A stretch of DNA of 64,000 nucleotides from Candidatus Cloacimonadales bacterium (GTDB lineage: Bacteria; Cloacimonadota; Cloacimonadia; Cloacimonadales; JAFGVF01), in contig OY762964.1 of the NCBI GenBank assembly GCA_963667035.1, positions 2,400,001 through 2,464,000 of the forward strand. The letters are read 5' to 3'. The position numbers were made by a program, and so were the translations under genes. The notes beneath the pieces are model-generated. The model ran no database searches. It worked only from the letters and a program-made list of their open reading frames with translations, and was not told the DNA's origin. Below, in pieces: positions 10,410 through 20,307 of this stretch; position 1 is the first letter of the stretch; every line of letters begins with the position of its first letter.

Positions 10410-11816
10410 ATGAAAAAAGAACTTAATCAATTACATGTCATCCCCCTTAAGTCAAACCCGACAATCGTGATTGAGTCCAACTATGTCAATGTTTTTGTTG
10501 AAGCTTCTCCTGATGAAAATGTCACTTTTGATGTACATTTAATCAGTAATGGCAAAGACTTGGAAGAATGTGATAACATTTATGAATTCAAGTCGGATAC
10601 GGAAGAAAACAAAGCATGGTTTGAATTCAATGAGGATGATGCATGCAATCTAAACATCGGAGAAAGTAGAGTTCTGGCTAAAGTCCCTACCGGTTCCAAG
10701 TTATCAGTTACCAATGAGAACGGTAGAATTAACTGTAAGGAAGTAACAGCTGAATTCACAATTGAAACGGAGAACGGGGCAATAGCAACATTCAATTGTA
10801 AAGGCAATATGGATGTTCAGAGTGAAAATGGTGCTATCAAAATTCATGGTATGGAGGGTGATTTAAATGCAGAAACAGAAAACGGACTTATCATGCTCAT
10901 CTCAGGGAAAGGTAATAACTTATCCTGTGAGACGGAAAACGGTAAAATTAAAATCGAAAAGGCCGACTATAGAACGATTAATCTTGAAACAGAGAACGGG
11001 AGAGTTATCTGTGAGGTTCCCGTTAGAAGTGAAGGGAACACAAGTATTGAAACTGAAAACGGTAGTGTAGACCTGATTATACCGGAAGAACTTGAGTTTA
11101 CTGCAGAATGTACTCTAGGCTATGGAAGTTTCAGTAATTCGGTTGATGTTGAAATTGAGACTATCAATAAAGAGGTTGATGAGAAGCATTATTGCATTGC
11201 TCGAGGTGACGGAACATACAAAATTAGCATTGAAACTGAAAACGGTAGTATAAGGCTAAAGGATAGTAACACTATCGGTATGGACGGAGTAAAGGTTGAA
11301 GTCAATCGCTTTAAAAACATGTGGAAAGAGCTTAGTGATGAAGAAGTTGATGTACGTGAGAAAGTGCAAAGGACTATAAAAGATATCGACTTCGATAAAA
11401 TCTCTAGGATATTAGAAAAGAAAGCAACTACTATCTCAAAGCGTTCAGTCCAGAAATCTATTGATGCTGCATTGAAAACAGTCAATAATCTTCAGGATAA
11501 ACTATGTAATTTGGAGATAAAGATATCCGATAACGTTGATGGAGAACCTAAAGTATATACTAAGAAGGTATTCGTAAGAAAAGATAAACATGAGAAGCAG
11601 GCAAATCCTTCTATGTCTAATCTGGATGAGATTGAAGATACTGTTAGTGTTGTAATAAACGACATCTCTGATGCTGTTGAAAAGGCTAATACTGCAACAA
11701 AGACAGTACCTAAACCAAGCGATAAAGGTCAAAGCAGACTCAAAATTCTTGATTTGCTGGAAAGAGGAGTTATAACCTCTGACCAAGCGGAAAGATTACT
11801 TGAAGCTATTAAATAA
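10410..11816 (+). CDS. DUF4097 beta-strand-repeat protein with C-terminal SHOCT-like helix (YvlB/LiaX-like)
   Basis: Many xETENGxI repeats, mostly at about 19-aa spacing; C-terminal RLKILDLLERGVITSDQAERLL; coupled to the DUF2089 gene. Confidence 0.75.
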   Translation: MKKELNQLHVIPLKSNPTIVIESNYVNVFVEASPDENVTFDVHLISNGKDLEECDNIYEFKSDTEENKAWFEFNEDDACNLNIGESRVLAKVPTGSKLSVTNENGRINCKEVTAEFTIETENGAIATFNCKGNMDVQSENGAIKIHGMEGDLNAETENGLIMLISGKGNNLSCETENGKIKIEKADYRTINLETENGRVICEVPVRSEGNTSIETENGSVDLIIPEELEFTAECTLGYGSFSNSVDVEIETINKEVDEKHYCIARGDGTYKISIETENGSIRLKDSNTIGMDGVKVEVNRFKNMWKELSDEEVDVREKVQRTIKDIDFDKISRILEKKATTISKRSVQKSIDAALKTVNNLQDKLCNLEIKISDNVDGEPKVYTKKVFVRKDKHEKQANPSMSNLDEIEDTVSVVINDISDAVEKANTATKTVPKPSDKGQSRLKILDLLERGVITSDQAERLLEAIK

Positions 11817-11855
11817 AATAATCTAAAGACCAAGGGTCTTCTTCAAATAACTCCC

Positions 11856-11883
11856 GGCTGATGACATAGTCATCAGCCTTTTT
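11856..11883 (+). terminator. Intrinsic terminator
   Basis: GGCTGATGAC-ATA-GTCATCAGCC-TTTTT. Confidence 0.9.
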
Positions 11884-11951
11884 ATAACAATAGATCTATG
11901 TATACAATGGTAAAAATATTGATAATGATTAATGTACTATTGGAGGTAAAT

Positions 11952-12976
11952 ATGACGTTATCCGGTACATGGATAGGCATGATAACAATGGGAGATGCAA
12001 CTCCAGAACTAGTATTTGAGATTTCACAAGACAATTCAGGACATTTGATAGGGAAACTGGGAATCCCCTCTAAGGGATTACAGAACCTCCCTTTGGATGA
12101 AGTGTTTATCACTTCTGACTACGTTGTACTTGGAATTACTGCTGCTCAAGCAAGATTTGAAGGTACTTTTAATCAGAATGAAATGGTCATCACAGGTGCT
12201 TGGAAAGAAGGCCCTAAAGAATATCCCCTTATTTTAACACCATTGAAAGAAGAAATTGACTTCGATAACTATCAGAATGTAAATTCCTCCTCCCTAGATT
12301 TCAGGTTTTCCGGTGCTAACTTTAAATACTATTCAGAAGAACAGGACATACAGATGCTGAATGAGTTATCCAAGACTCTTGAATCAAACTATCTGCGTAT
12401 AACCGAGAATTTGAGTACTAGCATGAGTTCATCTATAGATGTATCTATCCGAATTTAGACAAATTTCACCAGGCTATCGATTTCCCCAATGCCCCTGATT
12501 GGGTAGTTGGTGCTGCAAGTAAGGGTAAATTAAAAATGGTTAGTCCCAATAATCCCGGATCTGTGCATTCTTATGAATCACTTATGAAAGCAATCGTACA
12601 TGAACTTGCCCACACTATAGTTTTAAATATAAGGAATAAAGGACTCATAGGATTACTTAATTGGCTAAACGAAGGATATGCATATTATGAAGCTGGGCAG
12701 CTTACTGAAGAAGAAATCATATCCGTTCAAAACAATCTAGTTAACAATACAATTCCTTCTTGGCAAGAGCTACAAGTTGCAGATACGACTCAATTCGGAG
12801 ATTTGGGCGGATATGGAATATCAGCAACAATAGTGATGTTTATTGTTGAAAAGTATGGGTATCAGAAACTTAAACGGTTCATTATTGAACCTGAAAATAT
12901 TGAGTCGATTTTCAATATCTCAGAAGATGAATTTGATTCACTATGGAGAAGCTACCTATTGCTGTACAGCAGATGA
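11952..12976 (+). pseudogene. Frameshifted peptidase MA-like gene (ORFs 11898-12458 and 12536-12976 are one gene)
   Basis: The second frame is open from about 12443 (IYPNLDKFHQAIDFPNAPDWVVG...) into HELAH...WLNEGYA. The junction GTATCTATCCG contains (TATC)2; a third unit would restore the frame. Confidence 0.75.
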
Positions 12977-13016
12977 TTAATCCTGCTTATTATCAGTTTT
13001 TATATTCCACCTCTTC

Positions 13017-15332
13017 TCAAAGAGGCGAGGTGAACAATTCCCTAATAGTCGAGGAATGCATTATTTTTCTATAGTGCTTCCATTCCTGAGGGAACAATCG
13101 TGTATAGTTACCGAATCTTCTGTCCAGAAGAAGTATTACTCCTTTGTCTTCAGCAGTTCTGATTACTCTACCCCCAGCTTGCATGACTCTGTTTAGTCCG
13201 GGGAATTTATAAGCAAAGTCAAATCCGTTTTTTCCTTCCGAGTCAAAGTATTCACGAATAAGGTTTCTTTCTAAGCATATTTGGGGAAGTCCAACTCCTA
13301 CAATTACGCATCCGGTAAGTTTGTCCCCTCTTAGGTCAATACCTTCTCCGAAGATTCCACCCATCACGGCAAATCCAATCAGATTACGTCTAGGACTAAA
13401 AGCACCTATAAACTCAAGTCTTTCTTCTTCGTTCATATCTCTTTTTTGCACAAGAACATATCTCTCATCATGTTTCTGTTGATAAGCTTCAAGTACGTCT
13501 TCCATATACTTGTACGAAGGGAAGAATACCAGCATGTTTCCTTCCCCAGAAGAAGCTAAGGCATAAATATTCTCAACCACTTCCGGTATCGAATCGTTTC
13601 TTTTCTGATAAGTTGTCTCAACTGTTGTATTAATAAGTAGTTTAAGGTTCTCTTTAGGGAAAGGAGACATAAGTTTCAAGAAAAGCTCTTCTCCGGTACC
13701 TCCGCAGAAATAGGTAAAATACTGTTCAGGAAGTAGGGTCGCAGAAAAGAAAACCGAACCTATAGCTCTTTTAAGGCATTCGGCATTCATTTGAGATGGA
13801 TCCATGCAATAAATCTTTATAAAGAACTTACCTGCATTGGAGAGATAGAAAGTAAACTTCTCATTCATAAACTCACTACTTCTAACGAACCGCCTGAAAA
13901 CAAAATATATATCCAACAACGCTTGACGCCAATCTGTCTGCAGGTTACGTGCGATCCAAGTCTCTGCATTATTAATGAACTTTCTAATCTTCTGCATTAG
14001 ATTCTTATCCAGTTCTCTCACTTCTTCTTGAATAAGCTCTTTTTTCATCTCTTTACGCCACTTCATAAGGTATCTTTCGATACTTTTAAGTGGTTTTACT
14101 ATATCCTCTTCTGCATTGTCTTTTAAGGCTTTAACAGCTTTCTTGATTTCAGCTAGCTTTATCTCTGCCGAGTACATGGCTCTGGTTCTTTCCGGAAAGT
14201 TGTGAGCTTCATCAATCAGGAAAAAGTATTCCCCATTCACGGGATCAAAGAATCTTCTCAGATAAACAGCAGGGTCAAAGGCATAATTATAGTCGGCGAT
14301 TATCACATCCGAGAAAAGAGAGATAAATAATGAAAATTCAAAGGGACAGATATAATACTTGTCAGCAATCTTATCTATCACATCTCTTTCAAAGATATCA
14401 TAGTTAAAGATTTCAATACTCGCCTCTTTTTGTCTGTCAAAGTAACCTTTTGCAAGAGGACAATCATCTCCGTCACATCTATGACTCGGATATCTGCAAA
14501 CCTTATCCTTGGCAGTTATAACAACTGATTTCAGTTTATGTTTTTCAGTAATGTCCTTCAAAGTATTCAAAGCTACAGTTCTACCTACAGTCTTTGCAGT
14601 AAGATAGAAAAGTTTATCGACTTTCCTCTCCCCCATCGCTTTGAGAGCCGGGAAAAGTGTCCCGATAGTTTTACCGATACCTGTTGGGGCTTGAACAAAA
14701 ATGTTCTCTTTATTTTTAACAGCATTATAAGTTGCAACTGACATATCTCTTTGGTTCATACGGAAATCACCATAGGGAAATTTTAACTCTTGAAGCCATC
14801 TGTCTCGGGAAGTGTGTTGGTCGGCTATCTTCACCGCCCAATCATAATATAGATTAACGGTTTCCAAGAAGAAACTCTCAAGTTCGTCAAAGTTAAAAGG
14901 TTTGACTATCTCACGAATCGTTTCCTCATCGAGCTGATAATATGTAAGTCTAATATCAATCTCGGACAACTCATTCGCTTTTGAGAAAATGTAAGCATAT
15001 ATTTTAGCTTGAGCCCAGTGCATGAAAGAGTTTTCATAGGTAATCTCGGACAATTGTCTGAAAGTAGACTTAATTTCTTCAATAAGGTAAGGTTCTCCCG
15101 GCATCACACCGTCAATTCTACCCTGTATTTCGATGTTAACTCTTTCAGTCTCATGAATATGTTTAAATGCAACTTCGGCTAGATAGTTTTCCGGTCTTGA
15201 TTTCTGTATTTTCTGATGAGCTCTTGTTCCTGCCAAAGCTCTTTTTTGACTTACAAAAACAGACTTCATATCTCCCGATTGATATGAGAATCCGATAAGG
15301 TCTCTAACTGATATCTTCAATGTCTCTTTCAT
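13017..15332 (-). CDS. DinG/Rad3-family Fe-S helicase with N-terminal PD-(D/E)XK (Cas4/RecB-like) nuclease domain
   Basis: GTRAH, GRIDG, EEIKST and QAKIY nuclease motifs; APTGIGKT; Cys cluster; DEAHN; SATL; EGIDL; QAGGRVIR. Confidence 0.88.
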   Translation of the reverse strand: MKETLKISVRDLIGFSYQSGDMKSVFVSQKRALAGTRAHQKIQKSRPENYLAEVAFKHIHETERVNIEIQGRIDGVMPGEPYLIEEIKSTFRQLSEITYENSFMHWAQAKIYAYIFSKANELSEIDIRLTYYQLDEETIREIVKPFNFDELESFFLETVNLYYDWAVKIADQHTSRDRWLQELKFPYGDFRMNQRDMSVATYNAVKNKENIFVQAPTGIGKTIGTLFPALKAMGERKVDKLFYLTAKTVGRTVALNTLKDITEKHKLKSVVITAKDKVCRYPSHRCDGDDCPLAKGYFDRQKEASIEIFNYDIFERDVIDKIADKYYICPFEFSLFISLFSDVIIADYNYAFDPAVYLRRFFDPVNGEYFFLIDEAHNFPERTRAMYSAEIKLAEIKKAVKALKDNAEEDIVKPLKSIERYLMKWRKEMKKELIQEEVRELDKNLMQKIRKFINNAETWIARNLQTDWRQALLDIYFVFRRFVRSSEFMNEKFTFYLSNAGKFFIKIYCMDPSQMNAECLKRAIGSVFFSATLLPEQYFTYFCGGTGEELFLKLMSPFPKENLKLLINTTVETTYQKRNDSIPEVVENIYALASSGEGNMLVFFPSYKYMEDVLEAYQQKHDERYVLVQKRDMNEEERLEFIGAFSPRRNLIGFAVMGGIFGEGIDLRGDKLTGCVIVGVGLPQICLERNLIREYFDSEGKNGFDFAYKFPGLNRVMQAGGRVIRTAEDKGVILLLDRRFGNYTRLFPQEWKHYRKIMHSSTIRELFTSPL

Positions 15333-15383
15333 AACTGAAGGATTTGATGCTTAGCTTTCTTTGTCAATTCATATCTACGAAAA

Positions 15384-15518
15384 CTTAAGTATCTCTTAAG
15401 TCCTTCTTTGCTCTATCTTAATTCTAATTAATCTCTTTCTCATTACCAATTTGTTCCTCGTTAGCTTCCCGTTAGATCCTCGTTACAACGGATGAGAAAG
15501 AAATTGGAAAGAAACGGG
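15384..15518. repeat. 11-bp-periodic intergenic array 1
   Basis: CTTAAG-like units at 15384, 15395, 15406, 15417; CGTTA(G/C) at 15459, 15470, 15481; then AACGG at 15487 and 15513, and GAAAGAAA at 15496 and 15507. Confidence 0.65.
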
Positions 15519-15642
15519 ATAGAAATACTCTTTTATCATCTGTTATAGTAAAGCAATGAAATTGATGTAAACCTTATAGATAAATATAAAGAAAGAACTT
15601 GACGTGTAGTCTATAATTGGGACATTCCCAAAACAAATTAAG

Positions 15643-17373
15643 ATGAAAGGTTATATTTATTTTATGGTTTCGAAGAGATTTATTTTTTTACTACTGTTTA
15701 TGTTTTCATTGCTATATGCTCAAAGGAATTACTATCCTTTACCGGAAAGATACCATACATATCCGGAGATGATTAAGGAAGTAAAAAAGGTATGTCGAGA
15801 GCATCCGGAATTAGCAGAATGGGAGATAATCGGCCATAGCGGTTATTCGTTAAAACCGATTTATGCAGTACGAGTCTCTAATCATGTTAATAGAAACCTA
15901 AATAACAGACCGACTCTAATGATTCACGGTTCTTCGCAAGGTGAAGAAGTAATCGGAATAGAGATATGCCTGGCTTTATTAAATGAAGTTACCGATTACT
16001 ATGGAGTTAATCCGGTACTAACTGAATTGTTAGACAAATTTGAGCTCTGGTTTGTACCGTCCATGAATCCGGAAGGCTATGACATGGTCTCTTCAGGTGA
16101 GTTCTATTTATGTAGAAAAAACCTGACAGACAGTAACTTCGATGGCTATCTGGATGTTTTAAGAGACGGCGTTGACCTTAACAAGAATTTTGATTTCAAC
16201 TGGATTGACTTTGCTAGACCTCATCCTGAAAGTATTTATTTTAAAGGTCATGCTCCCGCTACCGAGACTGAAGTATTGGCAATGCAGGATTTCTTCGCTA
16301 GAGAACATTTTACGTATGCCTTGAACTACCACAGCTCTGCAGCGGGAAGCTTCTCGGAATCCATATTCTTTCCTTGGAATGACGGCGAAGAGAAAAGTCC
16401 TGATTATGACCATTTTCTTGAGCTTGGTTCAGTATATGTAAGCCATCTTCCAAAGGACTATTTGCCCGGTAACTATGAACTGCATCTGGGTAAAAATACT
16501 ATGATTGGCTACCTCAGACATTATATGTATGCAAAACAAGGTACCCTTGCTTTTGATATTGAGACCGGTGGTAATACTGAGGAAGGATATGCAGTTGTCA
16601 GACCCGGTGAAGACCAATTAATTAAAATTATTAATAAGCATTTGTTAGCATTTAACTCTATTGCTGAAGATATGCTTAAGAAAACCGTTTCCATTAGAGT
16701 TATCGATAAACTGAATAAACCGCTTATCGATAAAGAATTCCAATGGTTTGACTATCCATCGTCCTACTACACGGAACTTAAAACAAATTCTGCCGGTTAT
16801 ATATTCAAATATCTGCCTATAGGGAAAACCAGATTATTAATTGATGACGAATATGTGTTTAGCATTGAAAGTAATCCTGCTATGTTACAAACATGTAAGA
16901 TACCATTTGAGCACATAAAAAAGCCGATGCCTGAGAAGAAAGTAAAAACGATACTACCTAAATACACATACTGTCTGTACCAATCAGCTATCAATAACTT
17001 CTATCTTTACTCTGATTCCGCTATCAGAATGGAATTCTATGCCAAAGATTTCAATGATAAAGTAATCCGTTTTGACAGTCTGAAAATAGCTACCGATTCC
17101 AAGAGTTGTAATCTGAGAATAACACTTAAGAACAGGAATGGAGATGTAATCAGAACGAGAGAAGTCCAAAAAGATAATTTGGACGAACAACTAGTAATTC
17201 CTTTTGCCGGGAACATTCTGGAGAAAGCTGAACTTGAGCTAGAAAACCTCTCAGATAAAACTTTCACAATCAAAGAAGAAAGAACATATCTATCACATGA
17301 CTCAGAAATACAGGTTAAATATAAGACATGGCAGAATCAGGAAACTTCTGACCTGGATGTGGAGTTAAAATGA
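15643..17373 (+). CDS. Exported M14 zinc carboxypeptidase-family protein
   Basis: Signal peptide; YHTYPEM; WFVPSMNPEG; RKN; GVDLNKNF; NYHS; DIET. The first zinc motif reads QGEE. Confidence 0.8.
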   Translation: MKGYIYFMVSKRFIFLLLFMFSLLYAQRNYYPLPERYHTYPEMIKEVKKVCREHPELAEWEIIGHSGYSLKPIYAVRVSNHVNRNLNNRPTLMIHGSSQGEEVIGIEICLALLNEVTDYYGVNPVLTELLDKFELWFVPSMNPEGYDMVSSGEFYLCRKNLTDSNFDGYLDVLRDGVDLNKNFDFNWIDFARPHPESIYFKGHAPATETEVLAMQDFFAREHFTYALNYHSSAAGSFSESIFFPWNDGEEKSPDYDHFLELGSVYVSHLPKDYLPGNYELHLGKNTMIGYLRHYMYAKQGTLAFDIETGGNTEEGYAVVRPGEDQLIKIINKHLLAFNSIAEDMLKKTVSIRVIDKLNKPLIDKEFQWFDYPSSYYTELKTNSAGYIFKYLPIGKTRLLIDDEYVFSIESNPAMLQTCKIPFEHIKKPMPEKKVKTILPKYTYCLYQSAINNFYLYSDSAIRMEFYAKDFNDKVIRFDSLKIATDSKSCNLRITLKNRNGDVIRTREVQKDNLDEQLVIPFAGNILEKAELELENLSDKTFTIKEERTYLSHDSEIQVKYKTWQNQETSDLDVELK

Positions 17374-18224
17374 AAGCTCTAGGAAAGACTTCGAGCTACC
17401 CTCGAAACTATGATCCGGAACAATTGGAGAGAGTACCTCGCTCTTTGAATAGAGTACCTCTGGGAATTGATGATAAGAAACTTCCATTTACCGGTTATGA
17501 TATATGGCATGTATATGAAGTAAGCTATCTTCTTAAGAACGGAGCTCCACAAACAGCTATATGTAAGATTACCATACCGACTACATCTGAGTACATTGTA
17601 GAAAGCAAGTCGCTGAAGTTGTATTTCAATTCTTTTAACATGGAGATTATGGGAGAATGCCCTGAATCTGCATTAAAAAATATGAAGCATACTGTTCAGC
17701 ATGACTTGGAAAAACTGCTTGAGTGCCAAATAGCCCTAGATTTTCATACTCAACAATCGGATATAAATTACGGGTTTAATGCCATAAACATTGATAATCT
17801 AGTAAGAGATATTGATTCTATTGAAGTATATAGTGAATCACCTCAGTTAATAAGTTATACTGAGAATATTGGGACTATAGAAACTCTTTATTCCACTCTT
17901 TTAAAGAGTAATTGCAGAGTAACTAATCAGCCTGATTGGGGAAATGTTCTGATAAGTTATAGTGCTGACAAGAAGCTGAACCATGTAGATTTGCTTAAAT
18001 ATATAATCTCTTTTAGAGACGAAAATCACTTTCACGAAGAGATAGTGGAAACAATATATAAAAGATTATATGACCTTCTAAAACCTAAAGAGTTGTTGGT
18101 AATAGCCTTTTATACAAGAAGAGGCGGAATTGATATCAATCCGGTAAGAGTTTTAAACAAAGCATCACTTCCAAAGGAATATATTAACACTCATATATTA
18201 CAAAAAGGTCAATTTAGACAATAA
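17370..18224 (+). CDS. queF: NADPH-dependent 7-cyano-7-deazaguanine reductase QueF, long (bimodular) form
   Basis: LGKTSSYP, DIWHVYEVS, VESKSLKLYFNS, LKSNCRVTNQPDWG, FHEE, YTRRGGIDINP. Confidence 0.95.
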   Translation: MKALGKTSSYPRNYDPEQLERVPRSLNRVPLGIDDKKLPFTGYDIWHVYEVSYLLKNGAPQTAICKITIPTTSEYIVESKSLKLYFNSFNMEIMGECPESALKNMKHTVQHDLEKLLECQIALDFHTQQSDINYGFNAINIDNLVRDIDSIEVYSESPQLISYTENIGTIETLYSTLLKSNCRVTNQPDWGNVLISYSADKKLNHVDLLKYIISFRDENHFHEEIVETIYKRLYDLLKPKELLVIAFYTRRGGIDINPVRVLNKASLPKEYINTHILQKGQFRQ

Positions 18225-18227
18225 AGA

Positions 18228-18869
18228 CTACACCGTAAGCTTTCTCACCAAGTGATGCACCTTAGTCTCTCCCTTCCCGGGAAGTTGACTTTGGGAATCA
18301 AGCTCCATAAGCTCTGCCATTTGAAGAGCATGTTCGAGCCGTGGTAAAAGTTTGGAAAAATTGAATCGGCTTTTGCTATAACCTCCCATAAATTGCTTCA
18401 TCAAGTGTTGCACATCTTTATACAACTCCAACTTCCTAAGCTCAGGTAATCTATGTTCAGGGATAAAGTGCATTAATATCCAAAGCTCAAAGCAAGGATT
18501 ACTGATTGCCAGATTATAACCTTTTCGTCTACACTCCCTGGCAATACGAGGTAGGTCTGCCCAACTATCCTGATCGATAACAACCCAGTACTCATCGTTG
18601 TAACGTTCAAAAGCCTTACGAGAGCCAAACTCGGCTACTTCCCTTTCAATATATTCATCTATAAGTCCGACAATATACTTAGGGGCGGAATGACCTTCCA
18701 CATTACGTTCAAGGAAGATAAAAGAGATGTTCTCTTTCACTAAGGAAGCAAGAGCTTTGAAATAACGAGGTTCCGTCTTACTGCCTTCCGTAGATATTAT
18801 TATCTTCTTTGTAGTACGACTCTTAGGGTGAGTGAAGGGTTTTATTTCCCTTAGTTGTGTGAAAGGCAT
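18228..18869 (-). CDS. RloB-family (TOPRIM-like) protein, AbiLii-like
   Basis: ISTEGSKTEPRYF, WVVIDQD and SNPCFELWILMHF motifs. Confidence 0.85.
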   Translation of the reverse strand: MPFTQLREIKPFTHPKSRTTKKIIISTEGSKTEPRYFKALASLVKENISFIFLERNVEGHSAPKYIVGLIDEYIEREVAEFGSRKAFERYNDEYWVVIDQDSWADLPRIARECRRKGYNLAISNPCFELWILMHFIPEHRLPELRKLELYKDVQHLMKQFMGGYSKSRFNFSKLLPRLEHALQMAELMELDSQSQLPGKGETKVHHLVRKLTV

Positions 18870-18871
18870 AC

Positions 18872-20197
18872 TTATTCCTCGTTAAACAATTCGATTACAG
18901 GAATTGCACCATATCGGCCACTAAGATAATCTCTTGCGATTCTTTTATCGAAACGCTCTTTGAACTCTTCCATTGAATAAAGCTCGGAAGTGTGAAAATA
19001 GTTCTTCTTAATGAACCAAAACTCATCTCTTCGGAATAGAGTTAAATCCAGAAGATTTGTATCGTGGGTTGTTACAATAAGCTGACTTCTGTTAGTTCCG
19101 TGGAAATTAAAGTACTCTCTAAACAAACCTCTGATTAACACGGTATGTAGACTTCGCTCAACTTCATCAATGATATAAACAGAATCATTGTTCTTAAGAT
19201 CATAAAGTGTAGGAAGTAAATCCAATAAACGACTTGTACCGTCAGACTCTTCCCCGATATCAAAGTCTATAGTCTCTTCTCCCGGAATCTGATGAGAGAA
19301 TACAAGGATATCGGCTTTAAGAATGCCATCCCTCATAGAAACAGCATACAACTCCCTTTGTGAGGTTACACCTCGCACTAGGATTACTCCTTTCTCTCGT
19401 ATATTCCTACGAATATCCTCTTTCATCTTTGGAGGTATACTAACTCTGCTGTCATCAAAATCCAGAGTACGCTTTGTCATGTTTGAAATGCCTGTATCCA
19501 GCTTGGAAAGCATCTGCTTAACAAAATTATAGAACTCCTCATCAGTAAGGATGTTAAACATATTCAGATATTTAGTATTAGGATAGATGATTTTAAGTTT
19601 ATAAGCAAACCAACCGGTAATATGAGAATAGTTAGGTGCAAAACTGTGCATGATAGTTGTCATACATAGTTTTGAAGGAGGTGTTGCCGTTTCAAGAAAC
19701 GCCTGATTAAAAGCAATCTGCTTCTCCTCATTCATATTCATAGTTAGAGATACTTTTGTTCTACCATTCTCTGTTATTCTTTGGAATACAGGTTTAGGTT
19801 TTCTAGCTATTAATTGATAACACCATTCCTGCTTAATCTCATTAGTGCCTGCAATAAACCCATATACGTAAACGCTACCTCCTGCAAAAAAAGTAAACTC
19901 AATAGAACTATCCTCCAAGTTAGCATCTTTCTTCATTTTAAAACGTGGAAGCGATACCATAGAAGGATTCTTGGGACCGTTGATTATGAACCTCTTCCCT
20001 ATATCTATTGCTTTAACTAGATTGGATTTACCGGAGGCATTAGCACCGTATATTAAACATGCTTTTAAAACATTGGGATTCTTTCCTGGGGTCTTTATCA
20101 CATGATCCTTATTCTTTCTGGGAGCTCCGGGGAATAACCGAAAATCGATTTCATCGTAAAATGAAAGAATGTTTTTACAAGAGAATCTTATTAACAT
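18872..20197 (-). CDS. RloA-like AAA_21 ATPase, AbiLi-like
   Basis: MLIRFSCKNILSF, IYGANASGKSNL, EESDGT, IDEVERSLH, QLIVTTHD, RRDEFWF, YLSGRYGAIP. Confidence 0.88.
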   Translation of the reverse strand: MLIRFSCKNILSFYDEIDFRLFPGAPRKNKDHVIKTPGKNPNVLKACLIYGANASGKSNLVKAIDIGKRFIINGPKNPSMVSLPRFKMKKDANLEDSSIEFTFFAGGSVYVYGFIAGTNEIKQEWCYQLIARKPKPVFQRITENGRTKVSLTMNMNEEKQIAFNQAFLETATPPSKLCMTTIMHSFAPNYSHITGWFAYKLKIIYPNTKYLNMFNILTDEEFYNFVKQMLSKLDTGISNMTKRTLDFDDSRVSIPPKMKEDIRRNIREKGVILVRGVTSQRELYAVSMRDGILKADILVFSHQIPGEETIDFDIGEESDGTSRLLDLLPTLYDLKNNDSVYIIDEVERSLHTVLIRGLFREYFNFHGTNRSQLIVTTHDTNLLDLTLFRRDEFWFIKKNYFHTSELYSMEEFKERFDKRIARDYLSGRYGAIPVIELFNEE

Positions 20198-20307
20198 TAC
20201 AACCTCACTTATGAGATATTTTCACCTATAGTGATGTTGAAACTAAAAGAGTCAAGCTTTTAATACGATTTATGCTAAATAATACTTTCTTTATAAGATT
20301 AGCAACT

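Noticed and set aside
9912..10430. 172-aa minus-strand ORF
   Set aside because: Antisense shadow of the DUF2089 gene; Ser/Ile-rich, with no recognisable motifs.
14800..15332. Cas4-like domain as evidence of a CRISPR-Cas (type IV DinG) system
   Set aside because: It is fused to an Fe-S DinG with no Cas1, Cas5, Cas7 or array nearby.
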